A stretch of DNA of 64,000 bases from an uncultured bacterium (GTDB taxonomy: Bacteria; Hydrogenedentota; CAZGCA01), in NCBI GenBank assembly GCA_964524145.1, contig CAZGCA010000005.1:31038-95037 (forward strand), read 5' to 3'. Of the stretch, positions 44,476-53,196 are shown one piece after another. The notes under the pieces were generated by a model. That model ran no database searches, had not been told where the DNA came from, and saw only the letters and a list, made by a program, of their open reading frames with translations. The first letter of the stretch is position 1; every line of letters starts with the position of its first letter. The translations under genes were made by a program, and so were the position numbers.

Positions 44476-45492
44476 ATGAACACAGGAGAACCGGAAAGAA
44501 AGCTGAAGGTGGGATTTGTGGGATGCGGAAGCCATGCGCGGATGGCAATATATCCGTGCTTGCGTATGGCACCGATAGAACTTTGCGCGGTCTGCGACAT
44601 GATACCTGAAAAGGGGCAGGAAGTCGGAGGGTGGTTCGGCGCGCAACGGATCTATACAGACCACATCGAGATGATGGAACAGGAGACACTGGACGCGATC
44701 TTCGTCGTGGCTGGCCCGAAGGTCCATCCCGTGGTGGCGTGTGACGCGCTCGACCGCGGGTTGCACGTCTGGATGGAGAAACCGCCGGCGTTGAGTTCGG
44801 CGGATGCGATCGAGGTCGTCAAGAGAAGCGAGAAAGCGGGCAAACACGTCATGGTGGGGTTCATGAAACGGTTCGCCACGGGATACGTCATGGCGAAAGA
44901 AGCGATGGGTGACCCGGCGTTTGGCACGCCGACAATGCTGCACTGTCGATATACCTCCGCTCCGTATGCTGACGAGGAGAACCATGTCCGTGATTTCGCG
45001 ATCCATCACCTTGACCTCGCACGGTTCTTCATGGGTGACGTCTCGAGGATCTACGTCGAGAAGTCTCGCATCCGGGATGGTGTTCTTGCGATAGCCGCTA
45101 CGGTGAAGTTTGTAAACGGCGCAGTGGGCGTACTGCACCTGGGCTCATGCGAAGGGTGGTTCAGCGGCGGCGAACGGGTGACGATAGGCGGCGACGAGAC
45201 CGCGGTCATAGTGGACAACGTGGTGAGTTTCCAGAGATTCCCGAAACCGGCGCCGGGACGTGAAGGCGATGCGCACCTCAAACACGGCACCTTCTGGGAA
45301 CCCAACTGGTACTATCCTGCCGACCGCAACAGCGGCCTTGTTCATCAAGGCTATGCAGGCGAGGTAAGACACTTTGCCGAGTCCATCCTCGCAGGAGCTG
45401 CTCCGAAGCCCGACATGAGGGACGGGTACGAAGCTCTGAGGCTTGTGGAAGCGATTATCGAGAGCGACGGTGCCGTGGTCGAATTAAGCTAG
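44476..45492 (+). CDS. Gfo/Idh/MocA family NAD(P)-dependent oxidoreductase
   Basis: Rossmann motif LKVGFVGCGSHARMAIYP and the EKP motif (WMEKPPALS). Confidence 0.75.
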   Translation: MNTGEPERKLKVGFVGCGSHARMAIYPCLRMAPIELCAVCDMIPEKGQEVGGWFGAQRIYTDHIEMMEQETLDAIFVVAGPKVHPVVACDALDRGLHVWMEKPPALSSADAIEVVKRSEKAGKHVMVGFMKRFATGYVMAKEAMGDPAFGTPTMLHCRYTSAPYADEENHVRDFAIHHLDLARFFMGDVSRIYVEKSRIRDGVLAIAATVKFVNGAVGVLHLGSCEGWFSGGERVTIGGDETAVIVDNVVSFQRFPKPAPGREGDAHLKHGTFWEPNWYYPADRNSGLVHQGYAGEVRHFAESILAGAAPKPDMRDGYEALRLVEAIIESDGAVVELS

Positions 45493-45561
45493 GTGCCGTG
45501 CATGGGGTCTATCGTAGAGTCCTGCCAGCGGAACAACTCGTGGTCTATCTTCTCGAGTTCG
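45483..45561. repeat. 79-bp direct repeat, copy 1 (left boundary of island). It is an orphan duplicate of the 3' end of the radical-SAM gene.
   Basis: 77/79 identity to 51387..51465. On the minus strand it encodes ELEKIDHELFRWQDSTIDPMHGT-stop, matching the radical-SAM C-terminus apart from one P-to-S change. Confidence 0.85.
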
Positions 45562-45783
45562 TAGCTGGTGGGCGCGGCACGGCGGAGCAGTGGTTCAAAG
45601 AAGGCAAGAACGCAGTGAAATGGAGTCGGCTCTCGTGTCACGACTTCATGGACAACCAGGTGCCGACTGCAACTGTTCGCCCTGGCCTATAACTTGGGCA
45701 ACTTCCTTCGCAGACTCTCAGGAATGGAAACGACTCAAAACCCGATGGGGAGGTCCGTCCCAAATTCGCACGTACAGCGCTGA
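45562..45783 (+). pseudogene. 3'-terminal remnant of an IS4/IS1380-superfamily DDE transposase, carrying a frameshift
   Basis: AEQWFKEGKNAVKWSRLSCHDFMDNQV followed, after a 1-nt insertion, by LQLFALAYNLGNFLRRL. This is the conserved C-terminal tail of this transposase family. Only ~70 codons remain. Confidence 0.6.
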
Positions 45784-45922
45784 CGGTCGTTCTTGGTGAC
45801 TGCTATCGGGCCGTGAACGACCTTCAAAGAGCGACCGTGGCAGCAGAATTGGTCTTGAATCTGTCAGTGTGTGACTATATAGTGGTTGGTAACTTGCCCG
45901 TGGTGGTCACGCGAAGGTCTAT

Positions 45923-47032
45923 ATGGGAAATGTCGGATCAATATATGGAGGTGGGATCGTGAAAACATGTTCCGTCTTATTGATGGTAGTGGTTCTCTGC
46001 CTGTTCTCATCGCCCAGCAATGGGCAGAAACACCCTGTCAAAGTAATTTTCGATTCTGATATGGCGTTGGATAGTGAAGACATGAATGCCCTTTGTCTGC
46101 TGCATGCTTTTGCTGATGAAGGTGAAGCAGAAATAATTGCCACTGTGGCTTGTGGCTATGAAACAAACAGGGCATCAGGTGCCACAATCGATGCTATCAA
46201 TACATTTTACAGTCGGCCCGATATTCCAGTAGGAACCACAAAAATACATCCGGTTTTTCATAAGTATGCCATACCATTGGCACGCAGTTCGTGGACTACA
46301 GCTGTACGCGATAATTACCCGCACGATGTTCCGGATGACGATAAATGTCCGAGTGCTGTATCCGTCTACCGGGAAGCATTGTCAAAACAACCAGATAACA
46401 GCGTGGTGATTGTGACAACAGGTTGGCTTGTGAATCTCAGAGACCTGCTGGATTCAAAACCAGACGGCAGAAGCGACCTGAACGGGAGAGAACTGGTCAG
46501 CTCAAAAGTGAAAGAACTTTCAGTGATGGGCGGATCTTTTCCGCAGGGATGGGAATATAACTTTTGCTTTGCCGGTGTTGGACGATGCACAAAATATGTT
46601 CTGGAAAACTGGCCCGAGAACGTTCCGGTAATGATAAGCGGAGTCGAGATCGGCCTGAAAATAATATCCGGGAAAGTCTATAAGGATGAGCTCCCTGATT
46701 GCCCCCTGCGTAGAGGATTAGAAGACGCCTGGAATGCCCTCAGCGCAGGTAGACCGAGCTGGGACGAAACCGCAGTGATATATGCCGTAAGGGGATTGTC
46801 ATTCGAAGGCGACGAATATTGGAAAAAACAATCCCAGGGAAGCGTATTAGTTGATGACACAACAGGGGTAACCAAATGGGTGCCCACACCTGATAAGAAT
46901 CAATCATACCTCATAGAATCCATGAATCCTGATTTACTCGCCAGATTGATGGAAAGTCTTATTGTTAACAGTACCAAGAATGCATTAAAGATCACTGATC
47001 AACCTGATTCCGCAGATGAATCAGTTGACTAA
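45923..47032 (+). CDS. Secreted inosine-uridine nucleoside-hydrolase-like protein (putative) in a lower-GC segment
   Basis: Signal peptide. FDSDMALDSEDMNAL resembles the IU-NH DxDxxxDD Ca-binding motif. Local GC is visibly lower than in neighbouring genes. Confidence 0.4.
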   Translation: MGNVGSIYGGGIVKTCSVLLMVVVLCLFSSPSNGQKHPVKVIFDSDMALDSEDMNALCLLHAFADEGEAEIIATVACGYETNRASGATIDAINTFYSRPDIPVGTTKIHPVFHKYAIPLARSSWTTAVRDNYPHDVPDDDKCPSAVSVYREALSKQPDNSVVIVTTGWLVNLRDLLDSKPDGRSDLNGRELVSSKVKELSVMGGSFPQGWEYNFCFAGVGRCTKYVLENWPENVPVMISGVEIGLKIISGKVYKDELPDCPLRRGLEDAWNALSAGRPSWDETAVIYAVRGLSFEGDEYWKKQSQGSVLVDDTTGVTKWVPTPDKNQSYLIESMNPDLLARLMESLIVNSTKNALKITDQPDSADESVD

Positions 47033-47614
47033 GGCCATGACAGGATAGAGCCAAGGAAATGTGAGGTGATCAAGAAACTGGATTTCCCTAGTAACAGATG
47101 TATGTGCGACGGCAGCGCGAAACCTTATTTGCTGACGGTCGTCCTGTCGGGAAGGGAGACGTTAGGCGGCTAAGAGACGGGCGCACGAGATGGTCTGCAA
47201 TCAGCTCGACGTGGCTGAGCGTTGGTCAAAGCAGGGGGGTCTGGACGGTTTTGCGTTGTGCTGCGACTCCTGCTTTAATTCGGGTCCTTTCCTTGGTCCG
47301 GGTCTTTTTGGGGAGATGGTGAGGCCCTATTTGACGAGGTTATGTGTGGGTCTGCGAGACCTGGGGTTTTATGGTATCAAGCATTCTGACATATAAAGAT
47401 GCCTTACTGAGGATTGCCGATTGATGGGATGGGCAGTCGCTGGTAATGTCGACCGATGATTGCTATCATCACAATCGCGTGCTACGATCCACATTAATGT
47501 ACCCGCCAGGTGCTGGCGGGGGCGAGTCTGGTGTGACTGTCTTGCCGGATTCATACGCGCGGTTTTCACCGCGCAGCGGACGTCTGAAGGGAATGCCGAA
47601 CGGAGGGTAGATCC

Positions 47615-48643
47615 ATGAATGATGTCGTGGCCGGTCTTCTAATTGTCCTCGTTGCATCAGTATTGCAGGGAAGCTTCATGGTCCCCATGTCCTACGTGAA
47701 GAAGTGGCAATGGGAGAATTCGTGGGCGCTGTTCTCAGTTCTTGGGATGATCGGATTCAACTGGGTGTTGGCCATGGTCACGATTCCCTCGCTTCTCGAT
47801 GTATACCGCGCTGCCCCAGCTGCCGCTTTGGCAACGCCTGGCGTTTTTGGCCTGTGCTGGGGCGTAGGTGCGGTCTGTTTTGGTTTGGGGGTGGCGGCAG
47901 CCGGTTTTGCCTTGGGATATGCGATAATCATGGGTATTGTGCTTAGTTTCGGGGCCTTCATTCCCATGCTTGTTCAGCACCAGGAGGAGATTCTCTCGAC
48001 AAAGGGACTGTTGGTTCTCTCGAGCTTGGCCGTCATGATTGTTGGCATTGCGGTGTTTGGAACGGCGGGGACGCGCAAGGAGAAGGAGCAAAGCGAGAAG
48101 ACGGGGGCTATCACCAAGACTTCGACATTGTCGATCAAGGTGGCTCTTGCCATCTGCATCGTGGCGGGGCTGCTTTCTTGTCTGACCAACGTCGGCTTTT
48201 CCCTTAGCGAATCGCTTGTCGATCTCGCAAAAGAGCACGACGTCTCCGAGAACTGGGCCGGCAACTCGGTCTGGGCGATCCTATTCACTTTCGGGGCTCT
48301 CGTGAATCTGGGGTATTGTGGGTATCTGTTCACGAAGAACAAATCATTCAGTGCGTACCGAGAGCCGGGTCTGTTGAGGAATTTCCTTCTGGTGGCGTTC
48401 ATGTCGTTTATGTGGATTGGCAGTTTCGTTCTCTATGGCCTGGGCGCGGGCATGATGGGCGATTGGGGCAATGTGATAGGCTGGTCGGTGTTTATCGCGT
48501 TGTCGATAACCATCGCCAACCTGTGGGGCTTCGTCCAAGGAGAATGGGCCAACACGACAGCCAAGACACGCACGTTGATGGGTACCGGCCTTGGGATTCT
48601 GGTCGTAGCCATCGTCATCACCGCATTCAGTAACCTGAAATAG
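47615..48643 (+). CDS. RhaT-like sugar:H+ symporter (10-TM DMT-superfamily)
   Basis: 342 aa with 10 predicted TM helices. The N-terminus (VVAGLLIVLVASVLQGSFMVPMSYVKKW) resembles the L-rhamnose-proton symporter family. Confidence 0.45.
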   Translation: MNDVVAGLLIVLVASVLQGSFMVPMSYVKKWQWENSWALFSVLGMIGFNWVLAMVTIPSLLDVYRAAPAAALATPGVFGLCWGVGAVCFGLGVAAAGFALGYAIIMGIVLSFGAFIPMLVQHQEEILSTKGLLVLSSLAVMIVGIAVFGTAGTRKEKEQSEKTGAITKTSTLSIKVALAICIVAGLLSCLTNVGFSLSESLVDLAKEHDVSENWAGNSVWAILFTFGALVNLGYCGYLFTKNKSFSAYREPGLLRNFLLVAFMSFMWIGSFVLYGLGAGMMGDWGNVIGWSVFIALSITIANLWGFVQGEWANTTAKTRTLMGTGLGILVVAIVITAFSNLK

Positions 48644-48656
48644 CAGGGAGGAACCC

Positions 48657-49583
48657 ATGGACAAGATTCTAGTGATAGGAAGCTACAATGTGGGGTTGAC
48701 GGTCTTTGGCCCGGCGATTCCGAAAACCGGCCAGACAATCCTGGGCAACCACTTTGACATGGGGCCTGGGGGCAAGGGGTCTAACCAAGCAATTGCCGTC
48801 GCACGTCTCGGCGGCGATGTCACCTTCCTCGCGAAAGTGGGCGGCGACTCGTTCGGCAGGGACGCCCTGGACCTTTTCCGTCGCGAGGGAATCAACACGG
48901 ACTACATTGGGACGGATGACGCGGCCCACACCGGGGCGGGCATTATCTTCGTGGATGCCGACGGAGAGAATGCCATCGGCGTCGCACCGGGCGCGAACCT
49001 GAAGCTCACGACCGATGAGTTGGACAGGGACGTCGAACTCTTTGAAAGATCGGCATGCGTGCTTATGCAACTCGAGATTGCGTTGCCCACGGTGTACCAC
49101 GCCATCGAGAAGGCAAAGGAACATTCGTGCACGGTCGTGCTGAATCCCGCACCCGCTCAAAAGCTGGATCCCCGGTACGTCTCGATGGTCGATATTCTCA
49201 CACCCAATGAGAGCGAAGCGGAGGTGCTCACCGGCGTCGCTGTAACGGACCGCGAGAGCGCCGCGTCCGCGGCCCGTGCACTGCTCTCGCAGGGCGTGGA
49301 GACAGTCATCATTACCATGGGCGAACAGGGCTCTCTGTTGGTTTCCGAGGGTGTCGAGGAGCATTTTCCGGCTTACCGGGTTGACGCGGTGGACACGACG
49401 GGCGCCGGCGATGCGTTCAATGCGGGCTTGGTGTACGCGCTGGCCGCGGGTCAAGGCATCGAAGAAGCGATAGACTTCGGTTCGAAAGTGGCGGCTATCC
49501 TGGTGACGCACATCGGCTGTGTGCCCGGCCTGCCGACGCTGGCTGAAGTCGAGGGGTTTTCTGGGAGTCCGGGGCATGGCTGA
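48657..49583 (+). CDS. rbsK: Ribokinase (PfkB family)
   Basis: N-terminal GSYNVGL...GGKGSNQA motif and the C-terminal anion hole DTTGAGDAFNAGLVYAL. Confidence 0.8.
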   Translation: MDKILVIGSYNVGLTVFGPAIPKTGQTILGNHFDMGPGGKGSNQAIAVARLGGDVTFLAKVGGDSFGRDALDLFRREGINTDYIGTDDAAHTGAGIIFVDADGENAIGVAPGANLKLTTDELDRDVELFERSACVLMQLEIALPTVYHAIEKAKEHSCTVVLNPAPAQKLDPRYVSMVDILTPNESEAEVLTGVAVTDRESAASAARALLSQGVETVIITMGEQGSLLVSEGVEEHFPAYRVDAVDTTGAGDAFNAGLVYALAAGQGIEEAIDFGSKVAAILVTHIGCVPGLPTLAEVEGFSGSPGHG

Positions 49584-50679
49584 GGACGCGCTTACCTCGC
49601 GCCAAAGAGTCAATCTCGCAATCGATCACCAAAGGCCAGACAGGGTCCCGCGCGACTTCGCCGCCGTGCCGGAGGTCTGGGAACAGCTTGGCGCATTCTT
49701 CGGCACAACAGACCGGGGGCGAATCCTGGACGTCCTTGGCGTGGATTGCCGCGTTGTTTCGTACGACCTCTTCTGCCGCGATCCCGATGTCGACGAGCAG
49801 GGCCCGGTTGGTGGAGCGTGGCGAAAGGCCGAACCCGACGGCAGCTATCGGGACATTTGGGGCGCGCACCGGATGCTCGTCAAGAACCCATTTGGTGCAC
49901 TTGACCAGTTCGCTTCGTTTCCGCTCGGGCACGCGGAGACTACCGGCGATATGCAATCCTATCGCTGGCCCAGCCCTGCATGGTGGGATTTCTCGGGACT
50001 ACGGGACTTCGCCGCACGGATCAACGATCACGCCGGCTACAACATGCGCTACCGGATAGGCGCGATTTTCGAAACGGCTTGGTCGTTGATCGGGTTTGAG
50101 AAGGCACAGCTTTGCCTGGCACTGAAGCCAGCGTTGCTCCGATACATGATGGAGCGTATCACCGAGGTCCACGAGGCAAACCTGCGGAAGGTTCTCGATA
50201 CGTGTAGCGACCTGATCGACATTGTTTACTTCTACGACGACGTCGCTTCACAAAACAGCCTGTTGATGAGTCCGGAGATGTACGCCAGCACAATACAACC
50301 CTATCACCAGCGGATTATCGAGGTTGCAGCCCGTTTCGACAAGCCTGTGATGATGCATTGCTGCGGGGCAGTGTATCCGCTCATCGAACGGTTCATTGAC
50401 ATGGGGCTGTCGATTCTAAACCCCGTGCAACCCTCAGCCCGCGACATGAATCCCGAGAAACTTGCCAACGATTTCGGCGGCAGCATCACGTTTCACGGGG
50501 GCATCGACGTGCAGCGGTTTCTGCCTTTCGCTACTCCCGAGCAAGTGAGAGATAAGGTTAGACACACCTGTGAGCTGCTGGGACGCCACGGGGGGTACAT
50601 CATGAGTGGTTCTCACCATCTTCAGGCGGACACACCCTTAGAAAACATCCTCGCCATGTATGGTGTGGCCGCGGGGTGA
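49576..50679 (+). CDS. Uroporphyrinogen decarboxylase (URO-D) family protein / MtaA-like methyltransferase
   Basis: URO-D fold signatures (PVMMHCCGAVYPLIERFIDMGLSILNPVQP...ITFHGGIDVQ). Its start overlaps the ribokinase stop. Confidence 0.55.
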   Translation: MAEDALTSRQRVNLAIDHQRPDRVPRDFAAVPEVWEQLGAFFGTTDRGRILDVLGVDCRVVSYDLFCRDPDVDEQGPVGGAWRKAEPDGSYRDIWGAHRMLVKNPFGALDQFASFPLGHAETTGDMQSYRWPSPAWWDFSGLRDFAARINDHAGYNMRYRIGAIFETAWSLIGFEKAQLCLALKPALLRYMMERITEVHEANLRKVLDTCSDLIDIVYFYDDVASQNSLLMSPEMYASTIQPYHQRIIEVAARFDKPVMMHCCGAVYPLIERFIDMGLSILNPVQPSARDMNPEKLANDFGGSITFHGGIDVQRFLPFATPEQVRDKVRHTCELLGRHGGYIMSGSHHLQADTPLENILAMYGVAAG

Positions 50680-50770
50680 AAGTAAACGGGAATCACTGCA
50701 ATATAACGATCTGTTCTACGACCAGGAGCAATTCGCCTAGGGTCGATCAAGCTACGTCTCCTGTTTCGCG

Positions 50771-51217
50771 ATGATGTTCGACTTGACGTTCTATGATCCC
50801 GTTACATACGAGTTCACAGTGGATAAGTCTGTGGAAAACGGTAAACGCGAATTCGGTGGATATGCCAGCGTCGTGCTGTGGCATGCCTACCCGCGTGTTG
50901 GATTTGACCAGAGGAACCAATTCGATTTCTACCGAGACATGCCGGGTGGTCTTAAGGGATTACGCGACTTGAGCAGGTCTTTCCACGAGAAAGGAACTAA
51001 GGTCTTCATTAACTACAATCCTTGGGACAAGGGGACCCGTCGGGAAGGCAAGCCTGATGTGGACCTGTTGGTGGAGATGGTGACAGCCATTGAAGCTGAC
51101 GGTATTCTTCTGGATACAATGAGGCAGGGGGGCGCGGAATTTCGGCGGCGATTGGATGCTGCTCGGCCTGGACCGTTGTTCAACACTTGGATTCCGATGC
51201 GTTGTGGACTTGGCTAA
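50771..51217 (+). CDS. Hypothetical protein
   Basis: 148-aa ORF with no recognisable motif. It is the last gene inside the island. Confidence 0.3.
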   Translation: MMFDLTFYDPVTYEFTVDKSVENGKREFGGYASVVLWHAYPRVGFDQRNQFDFYRDMPGGLKGLRDLSRSFHEKGTKVFINYNPWDKGTRREGKPDVDLLVEMVTAIEADGILLDTMRQGGAEFRRRLDAARPGPLFNTWIPMRCGLG

Positions 51218-51386
51218 GAAAGATTCGAGGAGCCCAAAGAGAGCTGGCCAACAAAACGCTCCAGCGAACGTTCGTGTTAGGGTAGGTCTCCCACCTGGAT
51301 AGTCGCCATTGCCGCAGGAAACACGGTCCATGTCCACCGAAAAACGACACAGAACAGGACACATTCAGCGGTTTGGGGCATCAGGG

Positions 51387-51465
51387 ATTAAGCTAGGTGC
51401 CGTGCATGGGGTCTATTGTAGGGTCCTGCCAGCGGAACAACTCGTGGTCTATCTTCTCGAGTTCG
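51387..51465. repeat. 79-bp direct repeat, copy 2 (right boundary of island). This is the genuine 3' end of the radical-SAM gene.
   Basis: attaagctaggtgccgtgcatggggtctat(t/c)gtag(g/a)gtcctgccagcggaacaactcgtggtctatcttctcgagttcg is shared with 45483..45561. Confidence 0.85.
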
Positions 51466-52490
51466 GGGCTGCCGGGCGCGAACCGGCGCGAGTACATCTC
51501 CGGCGGGTGCGTGGTCAGCAACCAGGAGAAATCGTCCACGCCGATCTCGAGGGCGAGCCGCCGCGCACGATCCATCTCCTCGTCCGAATCGTTCCACCTG
51601 AACAGTATGTACCGCCACATGATCCGGGGTTTCTCGAGGCCAAGCGAGTTCCGCAACCGCACCATCGACTCCATCACCTTGACGACCGCCTCGAAATCGC
51701 CACCCACCCTGTACTGTTCGTACACCTCCTGCGAAGCGCCGTCCACAGAGAATAGCAGCTCGTCCACGCCCGTCTCGATCACCTCGCGCTGTTTAGCCTC
51801 ATCGCGCAACAGCAGCCCGTTCGTGCTGCAATGTATGAGCATCTTCTCGTTGACGTGTTTCGCGTAACGGAGCATATCCGCGGCACGCGGATGAAGGAAA
51901 CTCTCTCCGTAGTCGTAGAACAGCAGCAGTCTTAGACCGGGGCCAAGCTGATCGATCACCGATTTGTAGGTCTCGAACGGCATTGTCTGCCGTTTCCGGC
52001 TCGCAGCGATAAGCTCGCGTCCGCACCCGGGACATCGAAGGTTGCACGCCACTATCGGCTCGATCCAGAGCCGTTCCGGCAACCGTTTCGCCGTCTCGGT
52101 TCGCGTGGCGTAGTCGATCTCCGAGTTTGCCACACGTCTGCAAAACACGCAGTAGCGGCAGGCGTACACCTCCATGGGATTGTACAGCACGCGCCGCCTC
52201 AGCCTGCGATACGGTTCACCGTTCCAGATGCTCTCGAACGGCTCCTGCTCGACGTTTCCCAGCGGCATCCATTCGAGCGTGTCCTGACAGCTACAAACCA
52301 CCGTGCCGTCGCACAGCACCGTCGTCCCAGTCCACAATTGGGCGCACCACCTTCTCGACGCGGAACGTTCGCGCGGCGCAGGCGGCCCCGGACGTATCAT
52401 TCTTTTCGCATCGAAGGCGCTCTGCTTGAGCTTAACGAGCCGTGCGTACGATCGTCGCTGCCTAAGCCGCTCCTTGATTCTCGACAACAC
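51393..52490 (-). CDS. Radical SAM protein with an N-terminal Cys-rich SPASM/twitch-like segment
   Basis: CNLRCPGC is the Cx3Cx2C radical-SAM cluster motif. The N-terminal LCDGTVVCSCQDTLEWMPLGNVEQEPFESIWNGEPY resembles the SPASM motif (C...C...lGNv...s...eiW). An additional CRYCVFC is present. Confidence 0.6.
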   Translation of the reverse strand: MLSRIKERLRQRRSYARLVKLKQSAFDAKRMIRPGPPAPRERSASRRWCAQLWTGTTVLCDGTVVCSCQDTLEWMPLGNVEQEPFESIWNGEPYRRLRRRVLYNPMEVYACRYCVFCRRVANSEIDYATRTETAKRLPERLWIEPIVACNLRCPGCGRELIAASRKRQTMPFETYKSVIDQLGPGLRLLLFYDYGESFLHPRAADMLRYAKHVNEKMLIHCSTNGLLLRDEAKQREVIETGVDELLFSVDGASQEVYEQYRVGGDFEAVVKVMESMVRLRNSLGLEKPRIMWRYILFRWNDSDEEMDRARRLALEIGVDDFSWLLTTHPPEMYSRRFAPGSPELEKIDHELFRWQDPTIDPMHGT

Positions 52491-53084
52491 AGAACAAATC
52501 CCTTGTCAACGGCGGACTCGGCCCGGTCCGCCACAACTGGATCTAAACGCTAACAGCATAGCATGAAACTCGTGTTCGATCTAACACTTCAGTGGACTCT
52601 GGGCTCCTTCAGGAAAGGGGCTTTTCTATGCGACCCCGCAGCAGGTTGCTTTTCTGTGGCGGTTATTGTATGAGGGCTGTACGATCCATGGTCCATAGAG
52701 GAACGTTATACCACCATCAAGACTTGAAAACTCTGGATGCCACCGGCCTTGCTCACACCGTACGGTTGATAGGTCAGGTTGATAGCGGCGTGAAAGACTT
52801 CAGGGTGCTGCCCAGCTTTTTGTGGCCGTGCGATCTATCATCCTCTCGGGAAAACTCGAATAGCAGTGGCAGAACAGGGCTGCGTAGAAAAAACTCCCTT
52901 TCTGACGCAGGCTCTTCAGGGTCGTTGCCATGTTGGACGCCCAGCTACCATGGGTTTCACCCACGACTACTCATATTCTTCCCATACGGTCTCTTGGGCG
53001 AGACGCCCAAGCCACGACGAACCCGATCGCAGCAGACCCGTCATCTGTCAGTTACGGCTGGCCCTCCAGCGGCTTTGAGGGGTT

Positions 53085-53186
53085 CTATCGGCCTTTCCGC
53101 TTGAGTATCGCGCTGAAACAGAAGATGTTCAGCGCGATGATTGCTGTCCAGAATATGGTCATGAACAGCCACCCGATAAGAGTCAT
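53085..53186 (-). CDS. Small (33-aa) single-TM protein, MetS-like accessory subunit of the NSS transporter (putative)
   Basis: MTLIGWLFMTIFWTAIIALNIFCFSAILKRKGR. It lies 10 bp downstream of the NSS transporter stop. Confidence 0.4.
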   Translation of the reverse strand: MTLIGWLFMTIFWTAIIALNIFCFSAILKRKGR

Positions 53187-53196
53187 AGGGTTTCGA

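Noticed and set aside
45498-45561. N-terminal part of the 'transposase' ORF 45498..45692 (MHGVYRRVLPAEQLVVYLLEF)
   Set aside because: This segment is simply the reverse complement of the duplicated radical-SAM 3' end (the 79-bp repeat). Only the portion after ~45562 (AEQWFKEGKNAVKWSRLSCHDFMDNQV...) is transposase-derived.
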